From: Anthoceros angustus
Lineage: Eukaryota > Plantae > Anthocerotophyta
Direction: 5' to 3'
Length of the DNA: 64,000 nucleotides
NCBI GenBank assembly: GCA_010909165.1
Contig: VJWM01000044.1
Span: 1,612,001 to 1,676,000, forward strand
Shown here: piece after piece, positions 34,886 to 50,879 of the stretch
How positions within the stretch are numbered: the first letter of the stretch is position 1
Layout: each line of letters opens with the position of its first letter
Program-made: the position numbers and the translations under genes
Notes under the pieces: generated by a model
What the model saw: only the letters and a program-made list of their open reading frames with translations
The model's database searches: none
Told to the model about the DNA's origin: nothing

Positions 34886-37800
34886 TTGGTTTTTGTCACC
34901 AGACTGTGCAATGTCAACGTGGCCCTTGTCCTGGACGGGATGTGGATACAGACATCTGGTCATGGGCCCTGGCCATGGGCAGTGAGAGAAATTTTAGGTA
35001 CTTGGCATGTGTTCCATCACCTTTTTTTAGTCTTCTCCAAATAGCCCTCCAGCTGTGAAATGGCGAATTGCACAATGCTATCTAAATAGAATTCTCCATC
35101 ATCTATCCTTGGCTGGTTCTTGGTTGCCGCATTCTCTTGCTGACGCGACAAGAAGTCTGTTACTTGTGGACCTTCAGGGAGATTTGCGTGCCCCAGGCAA
35201 TCCGTTGCCACAGGGGGGTTGGTGAGAGGGAAGGCGATGGGGAACCGTGATTGGAGGATTTCACGATGCAAGGCTTGCAGCGCAATGCTCCCTCGTGCGC
35301 CCTTAAGTGAGTTGGTAGACCGCTAATATGCAACATCTGTGGAATTACGTACAGTATTAATGCTTATCGTCCGCAGCCTGGGCATGTTCAGTATGTGCCA
35401 GGTACAGATGTACATACATTGAAAGGGCAGAGTACAATGGGCAGTGACAGGATGTACCCTTTAAAAAGGTTATGGCAGGGCAACCAGGCTGGAGCGGACA
35501 AAGCCTGCCATCGGACAAGCCGCACCTATTCGACGCGGAGATGCGGCTTTGATGACACGCACAGGAACCGGTACTTTACAGCTCCAGACTTCGTGTGTAG
35601 CCTGTCTATGCCATCCACCCGGGCTGCTGGCCTTGTGATCATCTTGGAAAGCCTGCAGCAGTTTCCGAAACTTGCAGAGAAATATGAGAGGTTAGAGACA
35701 AGTATATAGTACAGTCTGTGTGGACGTGTGGGCCCTTTCGCAGACTGTGTGTAGGTCCTAGCCACTTGGCCCTCAGCACACAGTCAAGAGTGGACACTGG
35801 ATCAGTCGCCATAGAAGCGTGCGGTGCACGTACATGAGGGCGTCCATTTCACATGGTTTACTATCAGATAGGGCGACAGTTGGTGACGGTGAGCATCAGA
35901 CGCGCCTTCAGTTTCCGTACTATGTAATAAGCAGACATTGCATCCGCAGGCATGTACCATGGACAGCTTAAACACGGGATGGGTGCACACTGCACAACCA
36001 CAGGAGTCCTGCAATCACACCATTGCAGCCGCAGGAGCAGCAGATGATGTGGAATGATGAGGGACTCGGGATGCCGAGCACACTGCTCCCTCGGGCCCTG
36101 TACCTCCCTTAGACTACATACATCGAACGGAGACAGGGACAGGATTTGGAGAAGAGGCCTGGGCGCCCACCTGCGCATGTTAGGGAACAACATAGAGTCA
36201 CGTGTGTCCACATGCTGCGCTCTTGTGACACACCCCGAGCATCTGCTTCTGTAGACTGTTACCTAGCTGTGATACCAAGTATGTATGCATAAACATGCGT
36301 TCTCAAGAGCCAGCGATAGAGATGCCGGGTGGTGAGGAGAGGGGCATGACTCCAGGATTGGTCCCGAAAATGAGAAAGAAGTGCAACGCACAAGGGAGCT
36401 CTGCCTGCCTGGACGGAGTCCCTATTTGTGGCTCCGGGTGATGCCGCCGAAAGCGCAGTGGGAATAATGGATGTGACCAGCTCGATGAATCTGGCCTCCG
36501 GATTCCCGGCTCCCTAACTTCCGGTTCAGCCACCGCGCTGCGTGGCAACAGTCGCCCAGCCACGCCACGTGGTCCGTACCGCCCAAGACAGATTGATTGA
36601 TGAAAGGGCACGGTGCCCCGGTGTGTGATCAGGAGAGACTCTTGTAGTGGTGTACAAAGTACAAAACGGACATGTCGACAGGGGCGACATCGAGGATCCC
36701 GGTGCTCACGAGAAGGTTAGCTAGACTACGCGGTGGCTGGAAGTAGTATGTATGTCACTGCGTTTGGGAAGTTAACGAAACCTGGGTGCCTTGAAAGTTA
36801 TTGCGGTACGGAGAATCATACGATGGATCTCCTTTTCCCTCCCCCTCGAACACACAGTATGTATGTCTTGACGGGATGAAGTAGCTAAATGGCCGTTAAT
36901 GCGAGATTAAAGGTTGGTGCGAGGTAGGACATGGTAGGCGGTACAGGTGAGACCAGCGCGTCGCATTGATGAGACACGTATTACAACGTGTATGTACATG
37001 ACCCTCCGGGGCCCGGGCCTCTTCTACAGGGCAGCAAAGCCCAAACCCGAAACCCGAAACCCGAAACCCGAGACTGATGTGCCGATATTTGTGTCCGAAG
37101 CCGGTTTGCTGCTTGCATCATCCATAAATCCATAAACCCGTAAACCCATAAACCGAGCTTGGAGTCCTGGGCTCCGGACTCCCGGAGGGGGCTGACTTTG
37201 TGATACAAGCGCGTTTGCACAGCGAGGGCGAGACTGGTCTCCAGGAGGCGGTAACAAGGGCCGGCCAGGCCCAGTTTCTGCTATTTTTTATTGCTTTTTT
37301 TTTTTGGCTTTTAGTGAAGGAAAGGGCAAAGGGCGGGGTGAGGGCCCTGAGGGGTGCGGGGTGCGGGGTGCGGGCCCCGGGCTCGGGCTCGGGCAGCTGC
37401 AGGCCTGGCAACGCAGCCGGTGGTGGCAGGGCGGCAGGAAGAAGCGGCACCGACCTGGCTTGAGTCGTTTCTTGACCGCAGACTCGGGTCGGGAGTCGGC
37501 TTCCACCCCGCTTTCCCATCCTGGACCAAGCCGAAACTTGATTGCCGATTGCCGATTAGGTACCCTGTTTGTCCTGTGATGTAGGTGCCCCCCGAACCCG
37601 AACAGCCCAGCAGGAGGAGTCAGGAAACGCGGCTCGCAGGAGTCCAGGAGCGCAGCACAACGTACCCACTCCCCTCTCTCCTATCACGTTTCACGACTCA
37701 CGTCTCAACAGCAGGTGCAGCAGGCCTCCACACAGGCAGCCGCTGCAGTCGGCAGGCCAGGCAGGCCAGGCAGGCCAGGCAGGCGGGCAACCGCGCCTTC

Positions 37801-38236
37801 CGCCCGCTACAGTGCTACTACACCTAGCTCCACCCGGCCTCGCACGCCACCATCCGCTCCCTTCGTTGTTTGCGCCCTGGGATCCGCCCTCCCCGCCCGG
37901 GGACCCTCCGACTGCTGGGAGACCCGACTTCCGCACGAGCCCGCCTCCGCATTCCGGAGAGCTGTCGGGCCCCGGCCTCCTGCGCCTTCCAACCAAATCC
38001 ACCCGGCCCCGAGGCAACACCCACATCTCTCAAGCTTGCCTGCTGCTGTGCTATATATGTATGCGTGAAGCCCGCCCGACATTCCTGGCGCCCACGAACT
38101 GGTCCGGCACTGGGCGCCCCCGCCTGCAGGGCGCCGTAATACGGAGCGGCCGGAACAGGAGGCTGTGTGAGTGAGGATTCCGTGGAGAAGAACGGGTGGG
38201 CTTTGGGTACCGGTGGATTGGATCTTAGTATCGGCG

Positions 38237-40962
38237 ATGAGGATGAAGACGGGGGGGAGCGGTAGAGCCGGGCCGGGGCCGGGGCCGGGGGGATTCTACC
38301 TCCGCTCCTCCTCCCTGCTGCTGCTCTGCGTTTTGCTGTGCAGCTCGCTTCTTCTGCTGGCTTCCGTTTCCTTGTTTTCCAGAGGTGAGGGAGATTGTTG
38401 GATTCGTGCACGTGGAGGCCCACGGATTCCCTTCCTTCTGCTTCTTGGCTTGTTGGATTGCTGGATTGGTGGATCGGTGTGCTGATTTGGGATTCTGGGT
38501 TGCAGTTGCGGTGCCGCCCAATTTCCACGACCTGGTTACGGACAGGATGCACGCCGTGAGCAAGCCGCTGCCTTTGAAGCAGTCGCTGAGCGCGGTGAGC
38601 GAGGCGGCGTGGGCGATCACGGCGTCCAACCACCTGGAGGCGCTCCGGGGACTGAGCCGGAGCGGGAGCCGGAGCCGGAGCCGGGCGGATCCGGGGGGGA
38701 GGCGGCCGCGGTCGCGGGCGGGGCAGGTGGACCAGGTGCAGGATGTGGTTACCTTCCGGGAGGATGTGCTGCTGCTGGTGCGGGTGACGGAGGATGGGGA
38801 TCGCCGGATGCAGGGGTTCTCCCCGGAGGGAAACGACAGCTTCATCTGCATCTTCCAGTTCCCGGGGGAGGGGCACGGGCAGGCGGTGAAGGATGTGTTT
38901 CACACCCCGGTGACCAGCGTGACGAGGAAGGAGGAGTCGGGGAATGTGTATCTGGTGCGGTGTGCTCACCCCGGGGACCAGCACCTGGTGGAGAGGACGC
39001 TGCTGAGCTACTCGGAGAGGGAGGGGGCGTCTGCGGGTGTGGATGTGGATGTGGACGTGGACGTGGATGTGGATGTGGAGGTGGGGAGGCTCACGGCGCC
39101 CGGGACTGTGACTCTGGCTGTGCAGGAGGAGGATAAGCACATGGTGTTCCCCACGCGAGGGAGCTACACCCCGTTGCATCTGGCCAATGCGACGTGGGAG
39201 GAGCCTCTGGTGTACGAGGTGACGGCGCAGGAGGAGAGCCTCGTGCTGCTGGTGAAGAACATCAAGAACCGGGGGAGTAATAAGCACTTCGATGTGCAGG
39301 ACCTGTCGTGCGTGTTCATGGGATTGGCTGGGCTCAGGGCGGACGGGAAGCTCGGGGAGGATGAGCAGCTCATGTCCACCCGGGCTCTGCTCGGTGCCCA
39401 AGAAGTTGTGCATTGCGAGTGGCCGGATGTGGAGGCCAGGAGGAGCTTGGTGGGAGCCAAGGTGTCCTTGAGCGGGGCAAGGCTGGGTGGTGTTAGTCGC
39501 TCTGTTGCCTACTTCACCAAGGAGATGGCTTTAAATTTGATGCAGCAGGCTTCCTCTTCGGGGAAGGAGGATACTGAAAGCTCGGTGCACGAGGAAGTTG
39601 AGGGAAGGAGGAGGAGTAGTACTAAAGGGCCGGGGATATGTGCTTGCACCATGGTGTGGAACAAGGCCAAGTTCCTGAAGGAGTGGGTCACGTACCATGC
39701 CCATCTGGGAGTGGAGCGCTTCTTCGTTTACGACAACAACAGCGATGACGGCTTGGAGGAGGTGGTGGCTTCTTTGTCCAGGGAGGGGGAATGCGGCTCT
39801 CACCTGCTGAGCCCTCACAGGGTGAGCATGCTTGCCTGGCCATGGCTCAAGACGCAGCAGGCTGCCTTCTCGCACTGCGCAGTGGCAGCCCGGAAGGAGG
39901 GCTGCGAGTGGGTGGCCTTCACCGATGTGGACGAGTACATCTTCCCCAGCACCTACATGATCCCGGCGGAATCGGCCAAGGTACGAGTGAGCACGCGCAA
40001 GTCCAGTCGTGTCAGGAAGCAGCCCAAGAGCAAGGGCAGCAAGCACTGGGTGAAGCCTGCGGAGGTGCTGCAGCTGCCTCGTCAGGATAATCAAGGTGCG
40101 TGGGAAGGCGTGCACAAGAGGGCTCTGCAGCATCAAAGCTCTGCGGCCCAGCAGCGACTTCGAGGAGCAGATGTGGAGGAGCTTGATGTGGAAGAAGAAG
40201 AACAAGAAGAAGAGGAGGAGAAGGAGAAGGAGCAGGAGCAGGAGCAGGAGCAGGGTGCAGAGTGCGTTAACGTGGGCAGGAAAGAAGCGCCCATTTTGAG
40301 GAGGCTGATCGAGGACATCACCCAGGAGCAGAAGCCGTTGTACGTGCCGGTTAACAGCAGCGAGGAGGCGGCCCCATTGGCGATCGGGGAGATCCGGTTC
40401 GACTGCCACAATTTCGGGCCGTCGGGGCTCAAGAGCCATCCCAAGGACGGGGTGACGGTGGGCTACGACTGCCGGATGGTGGCTCCCGAGCGCCACAAAT
40501 CTCTGGTCAGAGCGGATGCTTTCGGGGTCAGCCTGCTCAACCTGCTGCACCACTTCGAGCTCCGCCCGGGCTTCACCTCTGTCAGCGTGCGCCGCAAGTA
40601 CGGGGTGGTGAACCACTACAAGTTCCAGGTATGTGCCATGGCATGCCATCCCCGGCTGCAATCCTGCCTCACATCCAGCTTCCTCAGGGAGACCATTACC
40701 GATGCTAATGCTGCTGCTGCTGCTGCTGCAGGTGTGGGAGGACTTCAAGCTCAAGTTCGTGAGGAGGGCAGGCACCTACACCACCGACTGGACCTCCAAG
40801 GAGAACGAGAAGTCCCTGGACAGAACCCCGGGCCTAAGCACGGAGCCCGTGATGCCGGAGGACTGGCACCAACGCTTCTGCCAGCTGCGTGATACTGACC
40901 TCAAGGGGTACGTGCGCAGGACGTTCGCCACCGCATCAGGGAAACTCTTGTGGCAGCTGTGA
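38237..40962 (+). CDS. Glycosyltransferase family 92 (DUF23) type II membrane protein; exons 38237-38384, 38506-40628, 40732-40962
   Basis: N-terminal TM helix, ICACTMVWNKAKFLKEWVTYHAHLGVERFFVYDNNSDD, WPWLKTQQAAFSHC, FTDVDEYIF, FGPSG, PERHKS, NHYKFQVWEDFKLKF. Confidence 0.93.
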
Positions 40963-41689
40963 AGTTACCTCATGGGGGGCTTGCAACTTGTGCGCCTGGT
41001 GGATAGGAGAAGCTCTGGTCTTATTTCCAAGCTCCTGTGATTATCCCCATACATAATGTGGGGCGCACCAGTGTGAGCTCTTTATTTATTCTTCTCCTCA
41101 CCTCGTCCCTGGAGCTCCTCGCTCAGGATGCCATTGTTGCATTGTGCACCTCTCCTCGGTATACTGTGTCACAGGTTTCCTCCAGGAGAGTGACTTGTCT
41201 CGGTAGACAGATATGCTTCTCATCAGCTTTTGCTGCATGCTTGTAACTTAGGGAAAGGCAACGCATGCCGCCCTTGTGCTCCAGGGGCGAGGAAGGGAAA
41301 TTCTTTCTGTATCGAAGGGTCCTGGCATGAAAGCTTCCTACCGACATTCCGCACATAAACAATTATCAAAGCGCTCGTGCCTTACAGTGCGTCACCGACC
41401 AGAAACTTTTGTGAAAGCTACTGAATTTATTTACATCAACTGCATGCCCACATCCATCCGCGTTCCAGCAATATTACAAAATTTCTGTTTGGGGACTGGT
41501 CCAGAGTTGCAGCGGAAGGGAGTTTCGTGTGTGACACGTTTACAAGTTGGGCAGAGTATCAGCAATTTTGAGCCGTTGTCGAATTCCTGACTGCTTATCA
41601 AAACAATAAACCCAATCGTTTCCGTGAGGGGAGGCTCAAAATTAGATGTCGGCTGCATGGTCATTCCCAAGAAGTAATGGCAACAACGC

Positions 41690-43085
41690 TACTCTTCAGG
41701 GCAATGGAATATGCAGCCCTAGCGCTTGGAGGCAAGCACTTCGCCGAAGGGCAAAGGAATGCCATCAACAAGCGACCATTAGTCTGTGACGTTCATGCTG
41801 AGCTTTACGGCATAAAACGGCCGCCTCACTGCATGGGGGGACCCTCGCCAAGGGCCCTACCCCGTCAATCACGAAAGCCCCTGCACAAAAGGGCAGAGCC
41901 CAGCGGGAACAAAAGAGGTGAAGACCCCTGCAGAAAGGGGCAACACACAAGCACATCACAGCTCGGCGGGAAGGACAGACGAGAAAAAAGAAATGCAGAC
42001 CCCTGCACAAAGTGGCAACAGCCAAGTACGACACAGCTCAGCGGGAAGGGCAAACAGCAAAGAAGGTACAGATAGGTATCGGGGAGTTCAAATTGTGGGC
42101 CTTGTGGTCATGCCAAAGCGGCAACGCTGCTCCCTGGATTTGGAGACGACGCAGACTGATGTTCAAGTCAGAGAACGAGAACATCCAACGGATGTGTCTG
42201 TAGCCGACTCTCTTGTAAACGTGTATGCAAAATGTGGTGAACCGGAAGATGCTCAGGGCGTGTTTGACGAATCCGGGTACACGACCTAGGAGATTTAACA
42301 CGAAGGATGTCGTGACATGGAATGCCATGATGGCAGGATACTCCAAGCAGGGGATGGCATGGGGCACGAAGCCCCCAAACTCCACAAGGCTTTCACGCTT
42401 GAAGATGAGCACACCGGCGGAAACCGAGCGTTGCCATTCGCAAGCCAGCTACTGTGTGCCGTTCATGCTGAACTACACGGCATGGACATAGCCGCTCAGG
42501 TTGCATGAGGAAGCCTCTGGCGGGAGGCTTTCCCCGTCAACACGGACCTAGGAAGAGAGAACGAAACCCTAATCCATTGAGAGAAGCCCTCGGCCGCAAC
42601 CACAAGAACAGAAACCCTAATCTGCAGACAGATGGGCCCGGGCACATCGGAGGTTGTAGGCTGCATGGTAAGTCCCAAAGAGTAACTGCAGCAGAGCTGC
42701 TCTCCAGAGCGATGGAATATGCAGTCCTCACGCTCGGAGGCAAGCGCTTCGCCCGAAAGCAAAGCACTGCCATCAACAAGCGATCATCAATAGATGACGT
42801 TCATGCTGAGCTTTACGGCATACGAATAGCCGCCTCACTGCATGAAGGCGAACCTCTGCCAAGAGGCCAACCCCCGTCAAAATAGGGGCCAAGACATACA
42901 AACTGCAGAAACAGAAATAACACGTACGGCAGCAAATCATCCCACAGCAATGGAATACACAACCCTGACGCTCGGAGGTGGAACACCATGCCCAGAAGCC
43001 ATAAACATCTATGACGTTCATGCTGAGCTACACGACACGAAAGCTGCCGCCTCACTGCATGAAGGGCAACCTCTACCAGGAGAGC
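41690..43085 (+). repeat. Four diverged copies of a ~140-250-bp module (~41701, ~42405, ~42710, ~42947)
   Basis: gc.atggaata...cct.acgctcggagg, gttcatgctga.ct..acg, gccgcctcactgcatg recur. Confidence 0.8.
42190..42360 (+). pseudogene. PLS-PPR gene fragment
   Basis: DVSVADSLVNVYAKCGEPEDAQGVFDE, then a stop/frameshift, then KDVVTWNAMMAGYSKQG. Confidence 0.75.
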
Positions 43086-44274
43086 CACCTCCATCAGAAC
43101 CCCGGTTCACGAGCAAAAAGCCGCATGATTCAAGGTTCAATCGAATCATCCGGCTCTCTGTTGGTGAGACCAGCAGTGTTTGCACTACAACCTCGTCGTC
43201 GACATCTCCAAGGCAGATAAGCAGCGATGGGACCACGTCCGAAGGATCAGAGAACGTCATTCCCAAAAACGTCCAAAACAGACCCATCAGAGATCACAAA
43301 CACTGATCGACCACCAACCCAGAACCAGAAATTTATAGGTGCGAGTTTAGGGTTTTTGGACCTCCGCGCCGACCAGTTTATGTAGAATACCGGGTCAGAA
43401 ATGGACCTACAGTATAAAGTATAGACTACATAGGTCTGTACATACATACTAGGTACATAGAGTATAGATTAGGTATGCACAATAGCTGCGAGTTTCACGG
43501 CTGAAGCTAAAGATTACGTTGTGGAGCAAGAATCATCGGCCGTCGCGAAGGCTAGGTGATGGGGCTATGAGGGAGGGTGTGTAGGACTCACCACCACAGA
43601 ATAAGAGAAGGTGATAAAGACTGATCGGACTATGGTGTGCCCCATAGCCAACTTCGGAGGAAGGAAGTTCCGCAAAATGAGCCACCCGAGAGTCGATTTG
43701 CTTCCTCGCAGGGTGCAGTGCTCTTCCCATGTTGTAAGAGACATACCAACGTGCTTCGGAGTATGTATGATCCGGTGGCGTCTACAACATTTCCTAATTT
43801 ATCTCGAGATCTCTAGCATAGAGCAGCCTAAAGCTAGATTTCGCATGTTCTGACTAGACCCAGCTCTTTCTTTGCCACTCGCCCAGGCTCAAGTTCTGAC
43901 CTCCCAGAACCATCTGATACCCACTCAGAATTAGACTGGCAGTTGGCTTTACAAACAAACGCAAGGACCCTACCGATGGAAATCTCCTAGGTATTGCAGG
44001 TAGGTGCACTAATACGGCAGAGGCCATCTTGAGAAGGTTTACGCAGCTCCCGGAAGACAAAGTCGTTTCTTCCCTAGAGCGGAGTATCCGAAAGGTTTCT
44101 GGGCAGAACATGGAGAGCCGTGGTTAGCAATCGTGACTCCTACTAGAAAGGGTGATGACCAAATACAGTTGGATGTTGTACCTCATTTTGATCAGCACGA
44201 ACAGTTGTCTCCATTGAGAAGCTGGTCAACTCAAATCACAGAGCATCATTTCTTTCTTGGCAAGTCCCTGGATT

Positions 44275-45868
44275 TCATATGGCCCTTTCTATCCACACAG
44301 GAAAGGAAATAGAGGTCTTGATCCCAAGCCGCCGAAGAAAGATGGCATACAGCACATGTAGAAGGAAGACGAATGATCCACAGTTCAATAAAAGCTGCAT
44401 AGCAACATTTGACATTGTCAGAGACAGGAGGCGAGAGATTCAGTTGTGGGGGCGAGAAGAGCTTCGTTTAATGCTGGGCAGTCCTCACCAACAAGGCGAA
44501 AACGACATAAATCATAGGCATTGTTGGCACCATGTTAACACCTAAAGCTGCCAGTATGTATGAAAACGATGCATGTGCGTTGACTGTTATCTGCAAACGG
44601 ACATGCCAAGTGTGTTGAGAAGCACAACCTCCTGATTATAGGAGGTGCAAGATCCAGACAGGGAGTTCACTGACAACTGCAACAACGAGAGTGCCGGAAA
44701 TAGGCACAGCTCTCACCAGCACCAGAAGATTTTCTCGAAGCATGAGGGACGATAACATCACAAAGCCCAGAGCTCCTATACTGCGCACCTGCATTACTTG
44801 AACGATCAACACGGGAGCTTGCAAGAGAGACAACGGTAGGAATAGCGGTACGGGAGCACGAGAGTTACTATAGCGCAGACAGCAATCGAGAGCCCCCAGT
44901 TCATCCGCCAACTGCACCAACGCCATGCACATCTCAATTCTGATCAGATGATCGTAAACAGTATCTGAGCGTCATCAAATTGCAACAAGACATACCTCCA
45001 AAGGGAGCCCATTGCCAATCCGACAAAGCCATGCATTAGCTGCACCAACGCACAAAAGTCAGCTCGGCACTTACCCCGCACAGAAAATACAAACAAGCTT
45101 GCACATCACATCACACCAGCCCAAGTGGAAGCGAACCGCACCAGGTAGGAAAGTGTCTTGAGAGGCCCCGACAGCACTAGCAAGAGCATGGCCGTTGCTA
45201 CCTGCGAGCAACGGACAACATAACATATATGATGGGATCTCCCCACGCCCAAAAATTCTGGACAGACATCACACAGACATGCCATGAAGCTCCAGCCAAC
45301 TGACCATGGTTTTCCGGCCCGCTGCTGGTCCCCACCGCATAGAAGAAATTACTACTGGCAGAGGAAAGAAGCATCCGAAATAAGCCTGCAGGTAAAACAA
45401 ACATCTTGATCTGTGCAAACAGCAAAACCACCCACAGGGAACAGAACTCAGCTCCTGCAATGACCACGATACCTCCAGTCTGAGGAGGTTACTGAGAAAA
45501 TATGCGAGTCCAGCCGCTGCCGCAAGCATCGCACTCTCCACTAAACGCATAGTCTTCTCCTTCACCATTGCATTTTCTAAAGCCGTGCTTTCATCAATCC
45601 CTTGCTCCTGAGACCATTCATTTTCAGATGATGTTTGAAGTGATGGCCCTGACTCGATTGCTGCTCTCCACAAAAACGTTTCCCTGCCCATGCCGTGTCT
45701 CCTACATCTGCCCACATCACCTATCGTTGAGCTCGAAGGTAGCTGAAGCATGAATGGGGGCGAAACCTTGATTCTCCAGCAACCCATTTCGCTGCTTCGT
45801 GGCAGTAGGACTTCAGAAGGAGCACAAAAACGGAATGGCCAGCTGCAAGAAACCATACATGCTTCCAT
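44275..45868 (-). CDS. DUF2232-family membrane protein, probably plastid-targeted, 8 exons
   Basis: LVESAMLAAAAGLAYFLSNLLRLE|AYFGCFFPLPVVISSMRWG..AGRKTM|VATAMLLLVLSGP|LMHG..GLAMGSLW|...RENLLVL|ITVNAHAS...|LNCGSFVFLLHVLY..WIERAI*. Confidence 0.85.
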
Positions 45869-46074
45869 ATTTGCAACAGCGGCTTGTGTGAGATTCCACC
45901 CGCTGTCAACTGGTACATTTCAACTCCGTCATCTTTGCTGCGACTGAAAGAACTTGCCCACTTGGTACGCACATCCTCCACGCCCTAAAGCCGTCACAAC
46001 CTGCCCCGCTCCACTCCCCTCCACAGGCCCCTCCACTCTCGGGAAGGTCGAGACACCGTGATGATTAAGGAAAC

Positions 46075-46190
46075 TAGCTGCTATATAAGTATGTGGACAT
46101 AGCTCCATTATTTAGCAGCATAGCTTCATTATATGCAAGCATAGCTTTCTTGTGGACAAGCATAGCTTTCTTGTATGTAAGCATAGTTCC
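46075..46190. repeat. 21-bp degenerate tandem repeat (~5 copies) in the head-to-head intergenic region
   Basis: agcatagctttcttgt(a/g)... recurs at a 21-bp period. Confidence 0.75.
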
Positions 46191-46259
46191 TGCCCATACA
46201 TATGTTGAATGTTGGGGAATCGGCATACCCACAAGTCGGTTTGCAGATTTCAGTCACCA

Positions 46260-49481
<3,222 letters not shown>

Positions 49482-50198
49482 TTGTTTTAGTGCATTTTAG
49501 GGAACTTGTAACAGGGCTTAGTAAAAGGTTGGAAGTCTGTTTCGATGGTGAAAGGTGATGTGATTGAAAAATAATTACTTGTGGTGACGTAATCCGGAAG
49601 GAGGGTGTTCCGAGAGTGTTCGCATGCAATTTTTAGGCCTCGAGGCTGCACTATCATAGGCTGTTGTGACGTGAAATTAACAATATTCTTAGGCCTCAAG
49701 GCTATACTATGATAGGTTGTTGTGACATGAAATTCATATCATCGTTCTAATTATAAATATAGAAGACTAATGTATTATGACACTCTATGACGCTCTTTAC
49801 TATGTTTACTACATGGTTGCACCTTAATTATACCTCAAATATTTTTAAATTTAATTAATAATTAAATAAATAGTAATTTTGAAGTTAGTATAAGATTAAT
49901 TATATAGATATCTATATTATAAAGTGTAAAACTAAACCCTTCATGTTTAGTCTCTTTCTTTTTAAAGGCGCCTGGGTCTTAGCCCAACTGGCAAATTTTC
50001 TATATATTAGATTTCAAATTGTCTTGGTAGTCAAGAAGGATTGTGATCATGAGTTAGCTCCATGTCAGTCAGTCCCATGCCAGTCATCCATGCTTGATGG
50101 ATTATAAAAAATTGCTTCTTCTCCTTCTTTCTAGATGACGATTGTTCTTTTGGCCGTCTCCACAAGGAGGGGTGTTGCGGGACACCACTGTCGGCACA

Positions 50199-50879
50199 CA
50201 ACTTGCTTAAATGACTTATAAGAGCCCACGTTAATTTCTCTGTGAATAAGAGAGACACTTACATTTAGGAGGAGATAAAGAAGAAGAGTTAGTAGCACTA
50301 GTACAACCAGGAAGATTGAAAGGCATACCGTATACTACAGAGGTTGTAGACAAGCATCACCTTCTAACGTGGTTGTCCTAAAATTGCTCCTAAGTGCCTT
50401 GATCTTGACCACCGCCTAGCCAACTTGCTTAAATGACTTATAAGAGCCCACGTTAATTTCTCTGTGAATAAGAGAGACACTTACATTTAGGAGGAGATAA
50501 AGAAGAAGAGTTAGTAGCACTAGTACAACCAGGAAGATTGAAAGGCATACCGTATACTACAGAGGTTGTAGACAAGCATCACCTTCTAACGTGGTTGTCC
50601 TAAAAATTGCTCCTACAAGTGCCTTGATCTTGACTGTCACCGCTCTAGCCAACTTGCTTAAATGACTTATAAGAGCCCACGTTAATTTCTCTATGAATAA
50701 GAGAGACACTTACATTTAGGAGGAGATAAAGAAGAAGAGTTAGTAGCACTAGTACAACCAGGAAGATTGAAAGGCATACCGTATACTACAGAGGTTGTAG
50801 ACAAGCATCACCTTCTAACGTGGTTGTCCTAAAAATTGCTCCTACAAGTGCCTTGATCTTGACTGTCACCGCTCTAGCT
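50199..50879. repeat. ~225-bp tandem repeat x3
   Basis: caacttgcttaaatgacttataagagcccacg starts at ~50199, 50421 and 50650; near-identical copies. Confidence 0.95.

Noticed and set aside
35176-35300. Possible miR408-like precursor
   Set aside because: Only ~14 interrupted pairs and too many mismatches to the miR408 sequence
37824-40775. 529-aa and 414-aa minus-strand ORFs
   Set aside because: Antisense shadows of the GT92 coding exon; low complexity
38385-40892. 835-aa ORF taken as the GT92 protein
   Set aside because: It begins at an intron GT and reads through the last intron; the spliced model 38237-40962 restores the TM anchor and conserved C-terminus
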